64,000 nt of DNA from Trueperaceae bacterium (GCA_965213925.1 OZ243927.1:3424001-3488000), one strand, 5' to 3'; counted from the first letter of the stretch, positions 28,971 to 38,912 are shown. Numbers and translations are program-made. Notes: generated from the letters alone by a model not told the origin.

Positions 28971-30158
28971 TCAGAAACTGTCTTTCGCTCGGCGCAACTC
29001 CCTATCGAGGAAGGGCGACTCTAGTGGTTCGAACAGTATCGCTCCTTGTACACTCGTCGTACTCTGAGCGCGAAGCGATTGAGACGACATCCCGCTCACA
29101 CCATTACACTCCGGTTCGGCTCGACTGCCTACCGTATGAACCCACTGCTCAACCCCGTTATAGGTGAACTTCTGGTCGATGAAGCTAGGTGAGAAGCGTG
29201 CGATAAAGACCAAACCGCCGCTGCTGCTCTCTCTAAAGGTCTGCTCATAAAGCGTCTCAAAGCGCATAAGCAGCTCGCCGTACTCTCCAGCCGCGATGTT
29301 GCGGAGGTTCTGCGGCGTATCCGGGCGACCTGCCACGCTTGTAGTGAGAATGTCGAGCGACATCGGCTGGCAAAGAGGCACATCGGGCGCAGTGTCGGTG
29401 CGATTCCAGGTATAGGTAGGCCAGCGGTTGTCGATGTTCTCAAAGGTATCGTAGAGGTTCGCGTAGAAGCCCGTCCCGGTATCTTCATCGCGGTACTCCA
29501 TCACGAAGCCGAGCCGCTGATCAGGACCTTCAACCTCGTTGCAGTTGCGAATCGTCTTCGTCGTCACCTTGAACGGCTCGTTGCTGAGCTTTTCTTTTTC
29601 GAAGATGCGGACGAAAGCGTCGTTGATCGTCATTGCCGAGTTCTCCTCGGTAAGCGGAATGTTCGGCGCTGCACCGTCGAAGAGTCCTCTGAAGTCAAGG
29701 GTAAATGTTCCTTCGAAGCGGGGGCAGTCCTCGAGGGGACCGTTGTAAGTTTTTACGATCTCCGGCTTGAAGTCGATATAGGGTGCCCAGAGCGTATCAC
29801 TGCCGAGTTCGACCTCAAAGGTCTTCTCGAGTTCTAGGACAAGGTAGCCGTCTTCATCAATCGCTTGAATGTAAGCGATATGCTCGCCGACCGGCAGGGT
29901 GTAAACGTGGCGTTGGTAGTCAGGTTCATGTATACGGAAGTAAGGCGCAGGGTCGCCATTGATGAAGGACTGAACTTCGGCTACGTTGGATAAATCGTAG
30001 AGGTCGCGCACCCAGATTTCGATGTCGCCCGAGTTGAGGAGGTTGGGCAGCATCTCGGTGGTGTAGAAGACGTCGCTCCAGATGCCGCGCTGCTCGGCGG
30101 TGTAGGACAAGACTTCCAAGTCGGTCAAGAAGGGCTTACCGTCTTGATTCTTAGACAT
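28971..30158 (-). CDS. Uncharacterised acidic protein, probably 5'-truncated
   Basis: Long ORF without a visible RBS; abuts the S8 fragment head-to-head. Confidence 0.5.
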   Translation of the reverse strand: MSKNQDGKPFLTDLEVLSYTAEQRGIWSDVFYTTEMLPNLLNSGDIEIWVRDLYDLSNVAEVQSFINGDPAPYFRIHEPDYQRHVYTLPVGEHIAYIQAIDEDGYLVLELEKTFEVELGSDTLWAPYIDFKPEIVKTYNGPLEDCPRFEGTFTLDFRGLFDGAAPNIPLTEENSAMTINDAFVRIFEKEKLSNEPFKVTTKTIRNCNEVEGPDQRLGFVMEYRDEDTGTGFYANLYDTFENIDNRWPTYTWNRTDTAPDVPLCQPMSLDILTTSVAGRPDTPQNLRNIAAGEYGELLMRFETLYEQTFRESSSGGLVFIARFSPSFIDQKFTYNGVEQWVHTVGSRAEPECNGVSGMSSQSLRAQSTTSVQGAILFEPLESPFLDRELRRAKDSF

Positions 30159-30169
30159 ATCCGAGGTGG

Positions 30170-31940
30170 GTGTGATCCGAACTATGTACTTAAAGCGTTT
30201 GCCGTACCTAATGATCCTCGCTACAACGACCAGTGGCACTACCCCGCTATCAACCTACCCAAAGCGTGGGATGTGACTGTAGGAAGCGAGGATGTCGTGG
30301 TTGCTGTTGTTGACTCCGGCATCTTGTTCGACTTGGATGATCCCTCAAGGAGCCACCCCGACTTAGCAGGCAAGGTCGTGCCTGGCTTCGACTTCGTCTC
30401 GAGCCTCCAACTCAGTAACGACGGCGATGGACGTGACGGCAATCCCTATGACCCTGGTGATGTCGTGGGAGGGCAAGGCAGCTACCACGGCTCACATGTC
30501 GCAGGAACTGTAGCAACGACGACGAACAATGGTTTGGGTATAGCAGGCGTCGCTTGGAACGCTAAAGTGTTGCCCATTCGGGTTCTAGGTGTTGGCGGTG
30601 AGGGCACACTTGCAGATATCTTGGATGGTATGCGCTGGGCAGCGGGACTCGAGGTCTCAGGTGTACCTTCAAACCCCAATCCAGCAACTGTGCTCAACCT
30701 GAGCTTAGGTGGACGGGGTTCATGTCCAGGTGCATTGCAAGACGTACTGGATCAAGTGGCAGCAAGGGGTGTCAGTGTCGTCGTAGCAGCAGGTAACTCA
30801 GACGAAGACGCAAACAACACCTTGCCTGCGAACTGCCGTGGTGTCATCACGGTCGGGGCAACCGACGCTGTTGACACCCGCGCTCACTATTCGAACTACG
30901 GCTCGGTTTTAGATGTCATGGCTCCAGGAGGTGATATGCGTGTTGACCTCACTGCTGATAGTCAGCCCGACGGGGTCCTGAGTTTAGGCAAGGACGACCT
31001 AACGAACAGCATGACCTACAGCTACGCTCAAGGCACGTCGATGGCTGCGCCGCACGTAGCTGGGGTGGTGGCGCTGATGAAGGCGCTCGAGCCTGATTTA
31101 ACCCCGACTCAAATTCATAGCGTACTCACCGCGACGGCGCGTCCTTTATCGAGTCTGACCTGCCGCCGTAGCAGCGGAGAGGACTGCGGCGCAGGCTTGA
31201 TCGACGCAGTAGCTGCGTTGACGATGGTGCGAGACGGGGAGGTGCCAACATCGCCTCTGAGTTTCAGCCCTGAGGTGCTGTCGTTTGGAACGGACTTAGA
31301 GGAACTCGAGTTGACCCTCATGAATGAAAGTGACGCGAGCCTCTCCTGGGCATTCCTGCGTTTCGAAGAAGATACAGGTAATCCTCAGGCGGTTCCAGAT
31401 GACGCCCTCTCTATTCCTAGCGACCAACCCTCATCGGGCACGCTCGCTACAGGGGAGCAAACGACTACCCGCGTCGTGCTGGACCGCAGCTTGATAGACG
31501 AAGAAGGAAGTTATGCTCTCGAGCTGCTCTTCTCAGCAAATAGTGAAGAGATTTCGTTGCCCCTACGTTTCACGAAGCAAATTGAAGGAGGCACTACTCT
31601 CAACGGTCCGATGATCGTGGCAGCTTTTCTCGAGGACTCGAGTGGCGACCTCATCTTGAGCGGGGCGCAAGAGAATGACGGCATCATCCGCGACTACGCT
31701 TTCGACGTTTTAGCAGGCGAGAATCTACTCATCGCCTGGTCGGATGAGAACAACGATATCGAGATTGATACAGGCGACTACTTGGGTAGCTATCCTGACT
31801 GGGTCAGTGTTAAGGCGCAAGCTACCTTGACCAACCTGGACATGACCCTATCTGAGGTGGTGGAGACGCAGGATATGAACCTGAGGTCAGCGCTGTTGCA
31901 GGAACTGGAGAGGGTGAGGAGAGACGGAAGCGGGGATTGA
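30170..31940 (+). pseudogene. S8 subtilisin-like serine protease lacking signal peptide and prodomain
   Basis: VAVVDSG, HGSHVAG, AAGN, GTSMAAPHVAG; the reading frame begins at PNY..AVPNDP with no credible start. Confidence 0.75.
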
Positions 31941-32001
31941 AACCCCTAAAATGAAGTGAGCTTTTGTGCGTGTGAACGGGCCGAGGCTCGCCTGAGGCTT
32001 T

Positions 32002-32027
32002 CGCAAGAGATGCGCGCAACTCGCGCA
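32002..32027. repeat. GCGCGC-core dyad site 11
   Basis: cgca-agag-at-GCGCGC-aa-ctcg-cgca; accessory dyad at 31967-31992. Confidence 0.82.
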
Positions 32028-32112
32028 CAACTGCTGTAGCACACCCGTAGCGGGTTCCGCCTCTCCCTTCGAGGGCACGTCTCGATTGTTAGGAGCGAAG
32101 GAAACGCACTTA

Positions 32113-33039
32113 TTAGGGCTGCGCCAGCTCGCGCTCCAGCGCCTTCCGGTCCCAGTTCGCCAGCTCAGCCGCCGCCTCGTAGGTGCTCTGCAAGAAGTCC
32201 AAGAGCGCGGCGTCAGGGTCGGTAGCTTTCCGCACCGCCTCATAGGGCAGGATAAATTCGCCCAGCGCGTTATGGTAGTACGCTTCGGCAGGGCGGACCT
32301 CGTAGCTCCCGAAGCCCTCCGGCTCTGGGTAAGCATAAGAATAGAAGGCGGCGCCACCCAGCTCCTGGCTCAAGAAGAAGCCTGCGCTCGAGACCTCATG
32401 CGAGTAGGCTTCCTGCATCACCCAGTCCGCCACGTTAGGCGCGCCGCCCGGGTGTGTAGGCGCGGGTCGCCCGGAAAAGCGGGTCACGGCCAGGTCGAAC
32501 GCGCCCCAGAAGAGGTGAATCGGGCTCGCCTTGCCGACGAAGTGGGCGCGGAAGCGCGTGAACACCCGGTGAACGTGCAGGAGGATTTGCCACAGTTGTG
32601 TAGCGCCTATAGGGTCGTAGGCCGCCTCCCCTTCATGCTCATGGAAGGGTTGGATGGGATGAGGCAGCTCGACCGGCACGGGCCAGATGTCCACCTCGAG
32701 GTTTAGTTCTTTGAGCAGACGAAGAACACCGTAGTAGAAGTCCGCCACCGACATCGAGCGTAAGGGTAGGGTGCGTACCGCGCCCTCCAACGTGCGCACA
32801 ACAAGCTGGTGGTCGTGGAAGTCGAACTCGAGTTCAAATGTGCGTGTTCCATAGGGAATGAGCGAGGTGCTCATTCCCCGCGCGGTGAGGTAGAGGGGAA
32901 CGTGCCAGGAGTGGTTGGTCCAGGGCGTCCGCTCGAGCCGAATCTTCCCGACAATCTGGCTCCAGAGGTGCAGGGTGTCGTAGGTCTCGCCCCAGCGTTC
33001 GAGCGGCAGGGGCGGCCAGACGTTTTTGGCTTCCATCAA
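32113..33039 (-). CDS. DUF5996-like conserved protein
   Basis: TLHLWSQIVGKIRL..W.NHSWHV, FWGAFDLAVTRFSGR, EAYSHEVSSAGF. Confidence 0.8.
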   Translation of the reverse strand: MMEAKNVWPPLPLERWGETYDTLHLWSQIVGKIRLERTPWTNHSWHVPLYLTARGMSTSLIPYGTRTFELEFDFHDHQLVVRTLEGAVRTLPLRSMSVADFYYGVLRLLKELNLEVDIWPVPVELPHPIQPFHEHEGEAAYDPIGATQLWQILLHVHRVFTRFRAHFVGKASPIHLFWGAFDLAVTRFSGRPAPTHPGGAPNVADWVMQEAYSHEVSSAGFFLSQELGGAAFYSYAYPEPEGFGSYEVRPAEAYYHNALGEFILPYEAVRKATDPDAALLDFLQSTYEAAAELANWDRKALERELAQP

Positions 33040-33270
33040 TCTCTCCTCAAACTTTCCTCTAAGCGTGATGGGGGAGGCTTTTACCTATAACGTTGATGCT
33101 CGAAGCTCGCATCTCGATATTTATCTCCCCCTCGATTCTGTTTATGGCATAGGTTAGCGCGACCCCTATGAGCAAGACTAAACGGTGCGCGCGGAAGGCG
33201 CTTTGTACCGTTCTAGCCAGTGCCGCGCCGCCCGAACATCGCCGTCACCCAGGACATGATCTGCGTCCTC

Positions 33271-34809
33271 CTAGTGCAGTGTGACCTCCGCCCCAGCCTT
33301 TTGCAGTATCGTAGCCAGCCGAAGAGCGTTCTCGGTCGGGATGAGGGGATCACGCCGCCCGGCTCCTAAGAACACCGCAACGCCGCTTAGGTCTGGCAGC
33401 TGATTCTCAAGAGTTCCAGGGTCAAGCGGTATCATCGGCCTGAAGAGCACGACTGCGCGGAAGAGCCCAGGGTGACGCAGCATCGCTGCTGAGGCGATGT
33501 TCGCCCCGTTGGAGTAGCCGACTGCGGCGACGCTGTCCGCACTGAAGTCATAGGCAGACGCCGCCTGCACCACGAAGGTGGCAAGCTCATCGGCGCGGCG
33601 CTTCACGTCGTCCTCGTCGAACACGCCCTCCTCCAGGCGGCGGAAGAAGCGGGTCGAGCCGCGCTCGAGCACCTTCCCGCGGGGGCTCAAGAGGTTGGCG
33701 TCGGGGTGGAGCGTCTGACCCAGCGGAACGAGGTCGTTCTCGTCGCCGCCCGTGCCGTGCAGGAGCAATAGGGTCTCGTCCGCGCCTTCTTTAGGAAGCC
33801 AGCGGTGGATGAAGCCGAGCTGCGGTCCCTCGAAGGTCGCGCGCTTTTCAGCTTGTACCGAAGTCGGTAGGTGGAGGGGTGGTAACACTGCCTCGAGCCG
33901 CCCCCTCATCCCTTCGTACTGCGGCGGCAGCTTGAGCACTCCGCCAAGTTCATCTATGGGTTCGTCCACCGTGAAGCCGGGCGGGTCAGTAGCGACCTCG
34001 AAGAGCGCGCCGCCGGGCTCACGGAAGTAGACCGAGCGGAAGTACTGCCGGTCGACCTGTGGGGTGGGGGCTAGCCCGCCCTTAGCCAGGACCTGCCTCA
34101 ACTCGAGCTGCGCCGCGTCGTCCTCCGAGCGAAACGCGACGTGGTGGACCGTGCCTGCGCCCAGTATACCGGGCCAAAAATCTTCAGCCACACGTATATC
34201 GACCACGCGACCCGGACCTTCCCCCGCAACGTATCGGTGGACGAAGCCCTCCTGAGCGTCCTCGCGGAAGCCTAGGTGCTCAGTGAGAAGGCTCGAGGTC
34301 ACGCCTAGCCGGTCCTCCCAGAGCGTCACGCCGAAGATGCCGCGGACAGCGTGCTCGGCGGGAAGAGGCGACTCTCGCCAAGGCGCGGTCGCGCTTGCGT
34401 CCTCGTCAGCGACGAGCTCGAGCCTCAGCCCGTCCGGGTCGTCAAAAGCCAGCACGCGTTTACCGAAGCGCTCCTCGGTATCAAAGCGCAGATTGCGCGC
34501 TGAGAGCCGATCTAGCCAGAACCCCAGGGACGCCTGTGGAATTGAAAGGGCCACAGACGCGAACTGCCCGGTGCCGCGCTGCCCGCACTGCGCCCCGGGC
34601 CAGGGGAAGAAGGTCAGGATCGTGCCGGGCTGACCCGACGTATCTCCGTAGTAGAGGTGATAAGTAGTGGGATCGTCAAAGTTGACCGTCCTCTTGACTA
34701 GCCGCAAACCGAGAAAGCCCGCGTAGAAGTCTAGGTTGCGCTGCGGGTCGCTCGCAACGGCTGTAACGTGGTGGATACCGCTCGTCATAACGCTCTCCTT
34801 CAGGATCAT
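33271..34809 (-). CDS. VOC ring-cleaving dioxygenase fused to a carboxylesterase domain, with a premature stop
   Basis: GIHHVTA, VKRTVNFDDP.TYHLYY, HHVAF, LLHGTGG, GYSNGA; the frame continues past TAG as EDADHVLG to 33178. Confidence 0.85.
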   Translation of the reverse strand: MILKESVMTSGIHHVTAVASDPQRNLDFYAGFLGLRLVKRTVNFDDPTTYHLYYGDTSGQPGTILTFFPWPGAQCGQRGTGQFASVALSIPQASLGFWLDRLSARNLRFDTEERFGKRVLAFDDPDGLRLELVADEDASATAPWRESPLPAEHAVRGIFGVTLWEDRLGVTSSLLTEHLGFREDAQEGFVHRYVAGEGPGRVVDIRVAEDFWPGILGAGTVHHVAFRSEDDAAQLELRQVLAKGGLAPTPQVDRQYFRSVYFREPGGALFEVATDPPGFTVDEPIDELGGVLKLPPQYEGMRGRLEAVLPPLHLPTSVQAEKRATFEGPQLGFIHRWLPKEGADETLLLLHGTGGDENDLVPLGQTLHPDANLLSPRGKVLERGSTRFFRRLEEGVFDEDDVKRRADELATFVVQAASAYDFSADSVAAVGYSNGANIASAAMLRHPGLFRAVVLFRPMIPLDPGTLENQLPDLSGVAVFLGAGRRDPLIPTENALRLATILQKAGAEVTLH

Positions 34810-34893
34810 CGAACGATCCTTTGCATGGCTCGAGTGTAGACGGCGTCGAGGCGATCTCTCAAGACACCCAATTCGCCTCTTCTTGACCGATAT

Positions 34894-35718
34894 TTAGATC
34901 GCCCGGTGTTGTTTGCGGTACTGTAGGGGGGTCATCCCGTGGCGGCCCCGGAATTTGCGGTTGAAGTAGGCGGGGTCAGGGTAGCCGACCCGCTCGCCGA
35001 TAGAGGCGACGTACGTGTCCTCCCGTAAGAGCAACCGGCGCGCCTCAGCCATACGCCGCTCAGCGATCCAGTCATTCACGGTGCGGCCGGTCGCTTCGCG
35101 TACAGCCGTCGTGAGGTAGGCAGGCGTGAGGTGAAGCGTGCTAGCTACGTCCGCGAGGGATAGCGGCTCTCGAAATTTGACTTCGATTACGTCGAAGACG
35201 CGAGCCAGGAGGGGCTGCACCGCGAGCGGCGCGGTGCCGTAGCGCTCGGCGCTGAGCCGAGCGGCGTCGACGAGCAGGAGGCTCAGAAGTGCTCGGCTCG
35301 CCTCCTCAGAGCCAAGGTCTGTTCCTTTTGTCTCGGCTTCGAGCCTGGTCAGGCTCGTTTCCCACTGCGGGCGGTCATTGGGTGGCACACGGAGCGGCTC
35401 GGGCTGCGGCTGTATGAAGGCGAGGAAGAGTGGGTTGCAGAGCCAGTAGAAGAGGACGTGGCTGCGCTCACTGATGGGAACGAGGGGTTCGGGGACGAAG
35501 GTGACGATGTCGTAAGCAGCCTGAGCGAACCTTCTCGGCTCGAGCCGCTCGTTCGGTGCGGCGAGGTAGAGGTCGCCTTCGCTTACAGCCCCGGACGTGG
35601 CAACCTCTCGGATATAGATGAGGCTTGCCAGACCGTTCTGCTGCACTATCCCATCTGAGGACAACTCCCCTTGTGCATGCGTAGCAAGAATTTGGACTAG
35701 CTCAGTTGAAATAGACAC
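34894..35718 (-). CDS. AraC-family regulator
   Basis: LSLADVA..LHLTPAYL, VGYPDPAYFNRKFR..HGMTP. Confidence 0.85.
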   Translation of the reverse strand: MSISTELVQILATHAQGELSSDGIVQQNGLASLIYIREVATSGAVSEGDLYLAAPNERLEPRRFAQAAYDIVTFVPEPLVPISERSHVLFYWLCNPLFLAFIQPQPEPLRVPPNDRPQWETSLTRLEAETKGTDLGSEEASRALLSLLLVDAARLSAERYGTAPLAVQPLLARVFDVIEVKFREPLSLADVASTLHLTPAYLTTAVREATGRTVNDWIAERRMAEARRLLLREDTYVASIGERVGYPDPAYFNRKFRGRHGMTPLQYRKQHRAI

Positions 35719-35822
35719 CTCGGGTATTGTAGCGCCTGTCTAAGCATAAGGTGTCAGTGTCACCTTATCCCGCTCATAAGCTAGTCAGGTAAGTCCCCAA
35801 AGGCCGTAAGCGCGCGGGCTTT

Positions 35823-35848
35823 TGCGAGAGATGCGCGCGTCTGTTGCA
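35823..35848. repeat. GCGCGC-core dyad site 12
   Basis: tgcg-agag-at-GCGCGC-gt-ctgt-tgca(gaag). Confidence 0.85.
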
Positions 35849-35921
35849 GAAGCTTTTACCTTCACCGAGCAACGTCGCCGCCGTGTTAAGCTCCCTCAAG
35901 ACTTTGCTGAGAGGGCACGGT

Positions 35922-36512
35922 TTGACTCCCGCTGACACTGACCTCGCGCTTCTTCGTAGCGCCTTTGAGCGCTTCGTCCCCCTATCAGACGAGGTATGGG
36001 CGGAGGTCAACACGCTGTGGCACGTCCGTAAGGTTGAGCGCAGCACTACCCTCACGAGAGTGGGCGAGACGGAGCAATCGTTCGGACTCGTCCTCGAGGG
36101 CGTGCAGCGCCTCTACTTCACCACGCTTGACGGCGCTGACGTCACCGTCGCCTTTGCCTACCCCCCGAACTACACGGGCGTCCCCGACTCATTCTTTCTC
36201 CAAGCGCCCTCTGCTTATGCGCTCGAAGCGCTTACTGACGGGCGCATGCTTTGGATTGATTACGCAAGCTTGATGTGGCTCATGGACCGGCACCGCGAAC
36301 TCGAGCGCTGGGCCTGGCGGCTCCTTGCTGCCGCCGGAGCGGGCCGGGGCAAACGCGAACGCGAAGCCCTCACGCTCTCAGCAGAGGAGCGCTACGCCCG
36401 CCTCCTCCGTGAGTCGCCCCACCTACCTGACCTTGTCGCACAACACCACTTGGCCTCGTACCTCGGCATGACCCCGGAGACGCTGAGCCGCATCCGCGCC
36501 CGCTTACGCTGA
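35922..36512 (+). CDS. Crp/Fnr-family cNMP-binding regulator
   Basis: LSAEERY, QHHLASYLGMTPETLSRIR; start uncertain (ORF track 35844). Confidence 0.85.
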   Translation: MTPADTDLALLRSAFERFVPLSDEVWAEVNTLWHVRKVERSTTLTRVGETEQSFGLVLEGVQRLYFTTLDGADVTVAFAYPPNYTGVPDSFFLQAPSAYALEALTDGRMLWIDYASLMWLMDRHRELERWAWRLLAAAGAGRGKREREALTLSAEERYARLLRESPHLPDLVAQHHLASYLGMTPETLSRIRARLR

Positions 36513-36526
36513 ACGTCTTGACGCCC

Positions 36527-36540
36527 TTGATATAGGTCAA
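36527..36540. promoter_or_regulatory. Crp/Fnr-type box
   Basis: TTGA-tatagg-TCAA, 35 bp upstream of the hydrolase gene. Confidence 0.6.
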
Positions 36541-36575
36541 TGCGCTCGGTGCAGGTTATCCCGTAGCCTAGCGGT

Positions 36576-37448
36576 ATGACCCACAACATCCCTACTTGGC
36601 TCGACCGCGACCTCTATCCGTTCGCACCTCACACGTTCGAAACTGAGTACGGCAAGATGCGCTATGTGGACGAGGGCAACGGCCCGCCTATCGTCCTCGT
36701 CCACGGGACGCCGACCTGGTCGTTCTTGTGGCGAGGGCTGATTCGGACGCTTGCCAAGACGCACCGCGTCGTCGCACCCGACCACCTCGGATTCGGGCTG
36801 TCCGACAAGCCGCCTGGCGCGCCTTACCGACCCGAAGACCAAGCGACGCGGCTAGAGGCATTGATCAAACATCTTGGACTCCGCGACATCGTGCTTGTCG
36901 TGCACGACTTCGGCGGGCCAATCGGTCTTTCTTACGCCACCGAGCACTCCGCAAACGTGCGCGCACTCGTCCTCTATAACACTTGGCTCTGGTCGCAAGC
37001 CGACGACCCAGCGGCGGTGCGGGCTAGCCGCCTGCTTGGGGGCTCCTTAGGTCGGTTCCTCTACACCCGCTTCAACCTCTCGCCGCGCGTTCTGCTGCCG
37101 ACCCTCTTTGCTGACCGCTTGAAGCTCACTCGCGCTGTGCACCGCCACTACCTATGCCCCTTCCCTAACGCACGCAGCCGATACGCACCAGCTGTGCTCG
37201 CCCACGAGCTCATCGGCTCCAGCATGTGGTTCGATAACTTATGGAATAGGCGGGCTGTGCTTGCTGACAAGCCTGCTCTGCTTGTGTGGGGCGAGAAAGA
37301 CAGGGCGTTCGGACTCCAGGACTTGCAGCGCTGGCAGGAGGCGCTACCCAGAGCAGAAACGGCGCTGTATCCCGAAGCGGGTCACTTCGTGCAAGAGGAG
37401 GTACCTAGCTCTGCGGCGCGGGTAGCCTCATTCGTGCGTAAGCTTTAG
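36576..37448 (+). CDS. Alpha/beta hydrolase (haloalkane dehalogenase-like)
   Basis: HGTPTWSFLWR, PDHLGFGLSDKP, VHDFGG, AGHFVQEE. Confidence 0.88.
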   Translation: MTHNIPTWLDRDLYPFAPHTFETEYGKMRYVDEGNGPPIVLVHGTPTWSFLWRGLIRTLAKTHRVVAPDHLGFGLSDKPPGAPYRPEDQATRLEALIKHLGLRDIVLVVHDFGGPIGLSYATEHSANVRALVLYNTWLWSQADDPAAVRASRLLGGSLGRFLYTRFNLSPRVLLPTLFADRLKLTRAVHRHYLCPFPNARSRYAPAVLAHELIGSSMWFDNLWNRRAVLADKPALLVWGEKDRAFGLQDLQRWQEALPRAETALYPEAGHFVQEEVPSSAARVASFVRKL

Positions 37449-37576
37449 GACGAGACATCCCGTCGAGCCACCTCATAGGCAATCTGAGTACAGGGCTTTC
37501 GCCTCAATGTATTAGCAATGACCCACGCACACCTCACCACTCGTGCTGCGCTGGAGGCGCAGGTCACGAAGTCTTC

Positions 37577-37602
37577 TGCGCGAGTTGCGCGCAACTGTGT
37601 CC
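37577..37602. repeat. GCGCGC-core dyad site 13
   Basis: (cttc)tgcg-cgag-tt-GCGCGC-aa-ctgt-gtcc. Confidence 0.8.
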
Positions 37603-37633
37603 TTGAGGAATAGGCGAAGGCTTTATAGTAAAT

Positions 37634-38350
37634 GTGCTTATGAAGAGGATTATCCTGATCGCCGCCGGACTCGCCCTCATCACTGTGGCTGCTGCCGCTA
37701 TCTACTTCTACTTTACAGACCCCGGTAGGTTGACGACATCACCTGAATTCGCCGAATTAGAAAAATCTGTGTCAGCCGGTACCCTTACCTCGCGAGCCGA
37801 CCCCGCCATGAACATGATGTTTGACGAAGACTACGAGTACATCGGCGGTCAAACGTTCGAACTCTACGGCACCGCTGATGTTGAACAGCATTTCTTCGTC
37901 GAGGAGCATCCGGACGGAAGTTTGAAAAGCCTTTTCTGGCTGCAGTTTGAAGGCTTTTTGCCTAGCAACGACTACGCCTATGATTACACTGACTCTCCGC
38001 TTCGAGTCGAAATAGACGGCCTCAACTTCTATACGGACACAGCAGCAGGCATTGACGTTAGGTTCTGGCGGCTTGGCTCACCAGGAACGGACGGCTACCT
38101 CGTGCGCAAGTTCCTTGCTGGCAAAGGCTACAGCTACCCTGACGAGTATTTCTACGCGCGGCTCGTTCATATCCCGGACTCGGCCCGCCGCAAAGAGCTC
38201 CTCATCATTTTTATCGACGACCTAAAGCCCTCGGGCTTCGCTGCGGCGGAGCTGCGCGAGGGCGGAGAACGTGAGGAAAGCTGGCTGGAGGTCGAGGCGG
38301 CGCACCTGGAAAAGATCAGGAACGTCATGACGCTGAGTCAGCTTGAGTGA
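37634..38350 (+). CDS. Hypothetical exported or membrane-anchored protein (single-gene module)
   Basis: N-terminal hydrophobic segment, 238 aa. Confidence 0.7.
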   Translation: MLMKRIILIAAGLALITVAAAAIYFYFTDPGRLTTSPEFAELEKSVSAGTLTSRADPAMNMMFDEDYEYIGGQTFELYGTADVEQHFFVEEHPDGSLKSLFWLQFEGFLPSNDYAYDYTDSPLRVEIDGLNFYTDTAAGIDVRFWRLGSPGTDGYLVRKFLAGKGYSYPDEYFYARLVHIPDSARRKELLIIFIDDLKPSGFAAAELREGGEREESWLEVEAAHLEKIRNVMTLSQLE

Positions 38351-38420
38351 GGCACCGCCTGGAATCGGTATTCAGCTAAGTACCGGGGCAGAGTTCGGGC
38401 GGAGATTTGCATAGACTTCG

Positions 38421-38446
38421 TGCGTGTGATGCGCGCGTCTCTCGCA
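38421..38446. repeat. GCGCGC-core dyad site 14
   Basis: tgcg-tgtg-at-GCGCGC-gt-ctct-cgca(gaag); accessory dyad at 38386-38411. Confidence 0.88.
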
Positions 38447-38459
38447 GAAGCACCATAGT

Positions 38460-38912
38460 TCAACCGAATAGCTGTGCTGGCATCTCGACCTGCGCGCCCA
38501 TCGCCTTAGCGATCCGCTCGAAGTCCTGCGGGCTGATCTCGAAGAGCCCGCGCCGGAAGGGGAAGCCCCACTTCCGTTTATCAGTAACGAAGGTAAGGTC
38601 TTCTAGTAGAGGACGTACCGGTGCTTCTTTCACCCCTTTGAAGCTCACCTTACGTCGCCAGGGATGAAAGTCGGACGTCATCTCGACTTGATAGGGCTCG
38701 TTGTCTATGACTCTGCCCAGGGCGGTGAATGCCTGCAGCACCTCCCCACCCCTAAAAGCAGTTCTAGGAGAGTAGAAAATCAGCATGTCCCCCATTCTTA
38801 GACGCTCGAGGCGTGTGCGCTTGCCGTGATCCGCTTGGGTGAAGCCGCCCTCGACCCCCGCCCGTACGTGATCGCGCGACACTGTGTTGACCCAGTAATG
38901 CGCCTCAGCCAC
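38460..38912 (-). CDS. EVE-domain protein
   Basis: YWVNTVSRDHV..G..GGFTQADHGK, GD.LIFYSP, WGFPFRRGLFEI; GTG start overlaps the upstream stop. Confidence 0.85.
   Translation of the reverse strand: MAEAHYWVNTVSRDHVRAGVEGGFTQADHGKRTRLERLRMGDMLIFYSPRTAFRGGEVLQAFTALGRVIDNEPYQVEMTSDFHPWRRKVSFKGVKEAPVRPLLEDLTFVTDKRKWGFPFRRGLFEISPQDFERIAKAMGAQVEMPAQLFG

Noticed and set aside
33177..33202. Possible extra dyad (acta-aacg-gt-GCGCGC-gg-aagg-cgct)
   Set aside because: The arms do not match the consensus, and it lies in the read-through tail of the esterase frame.
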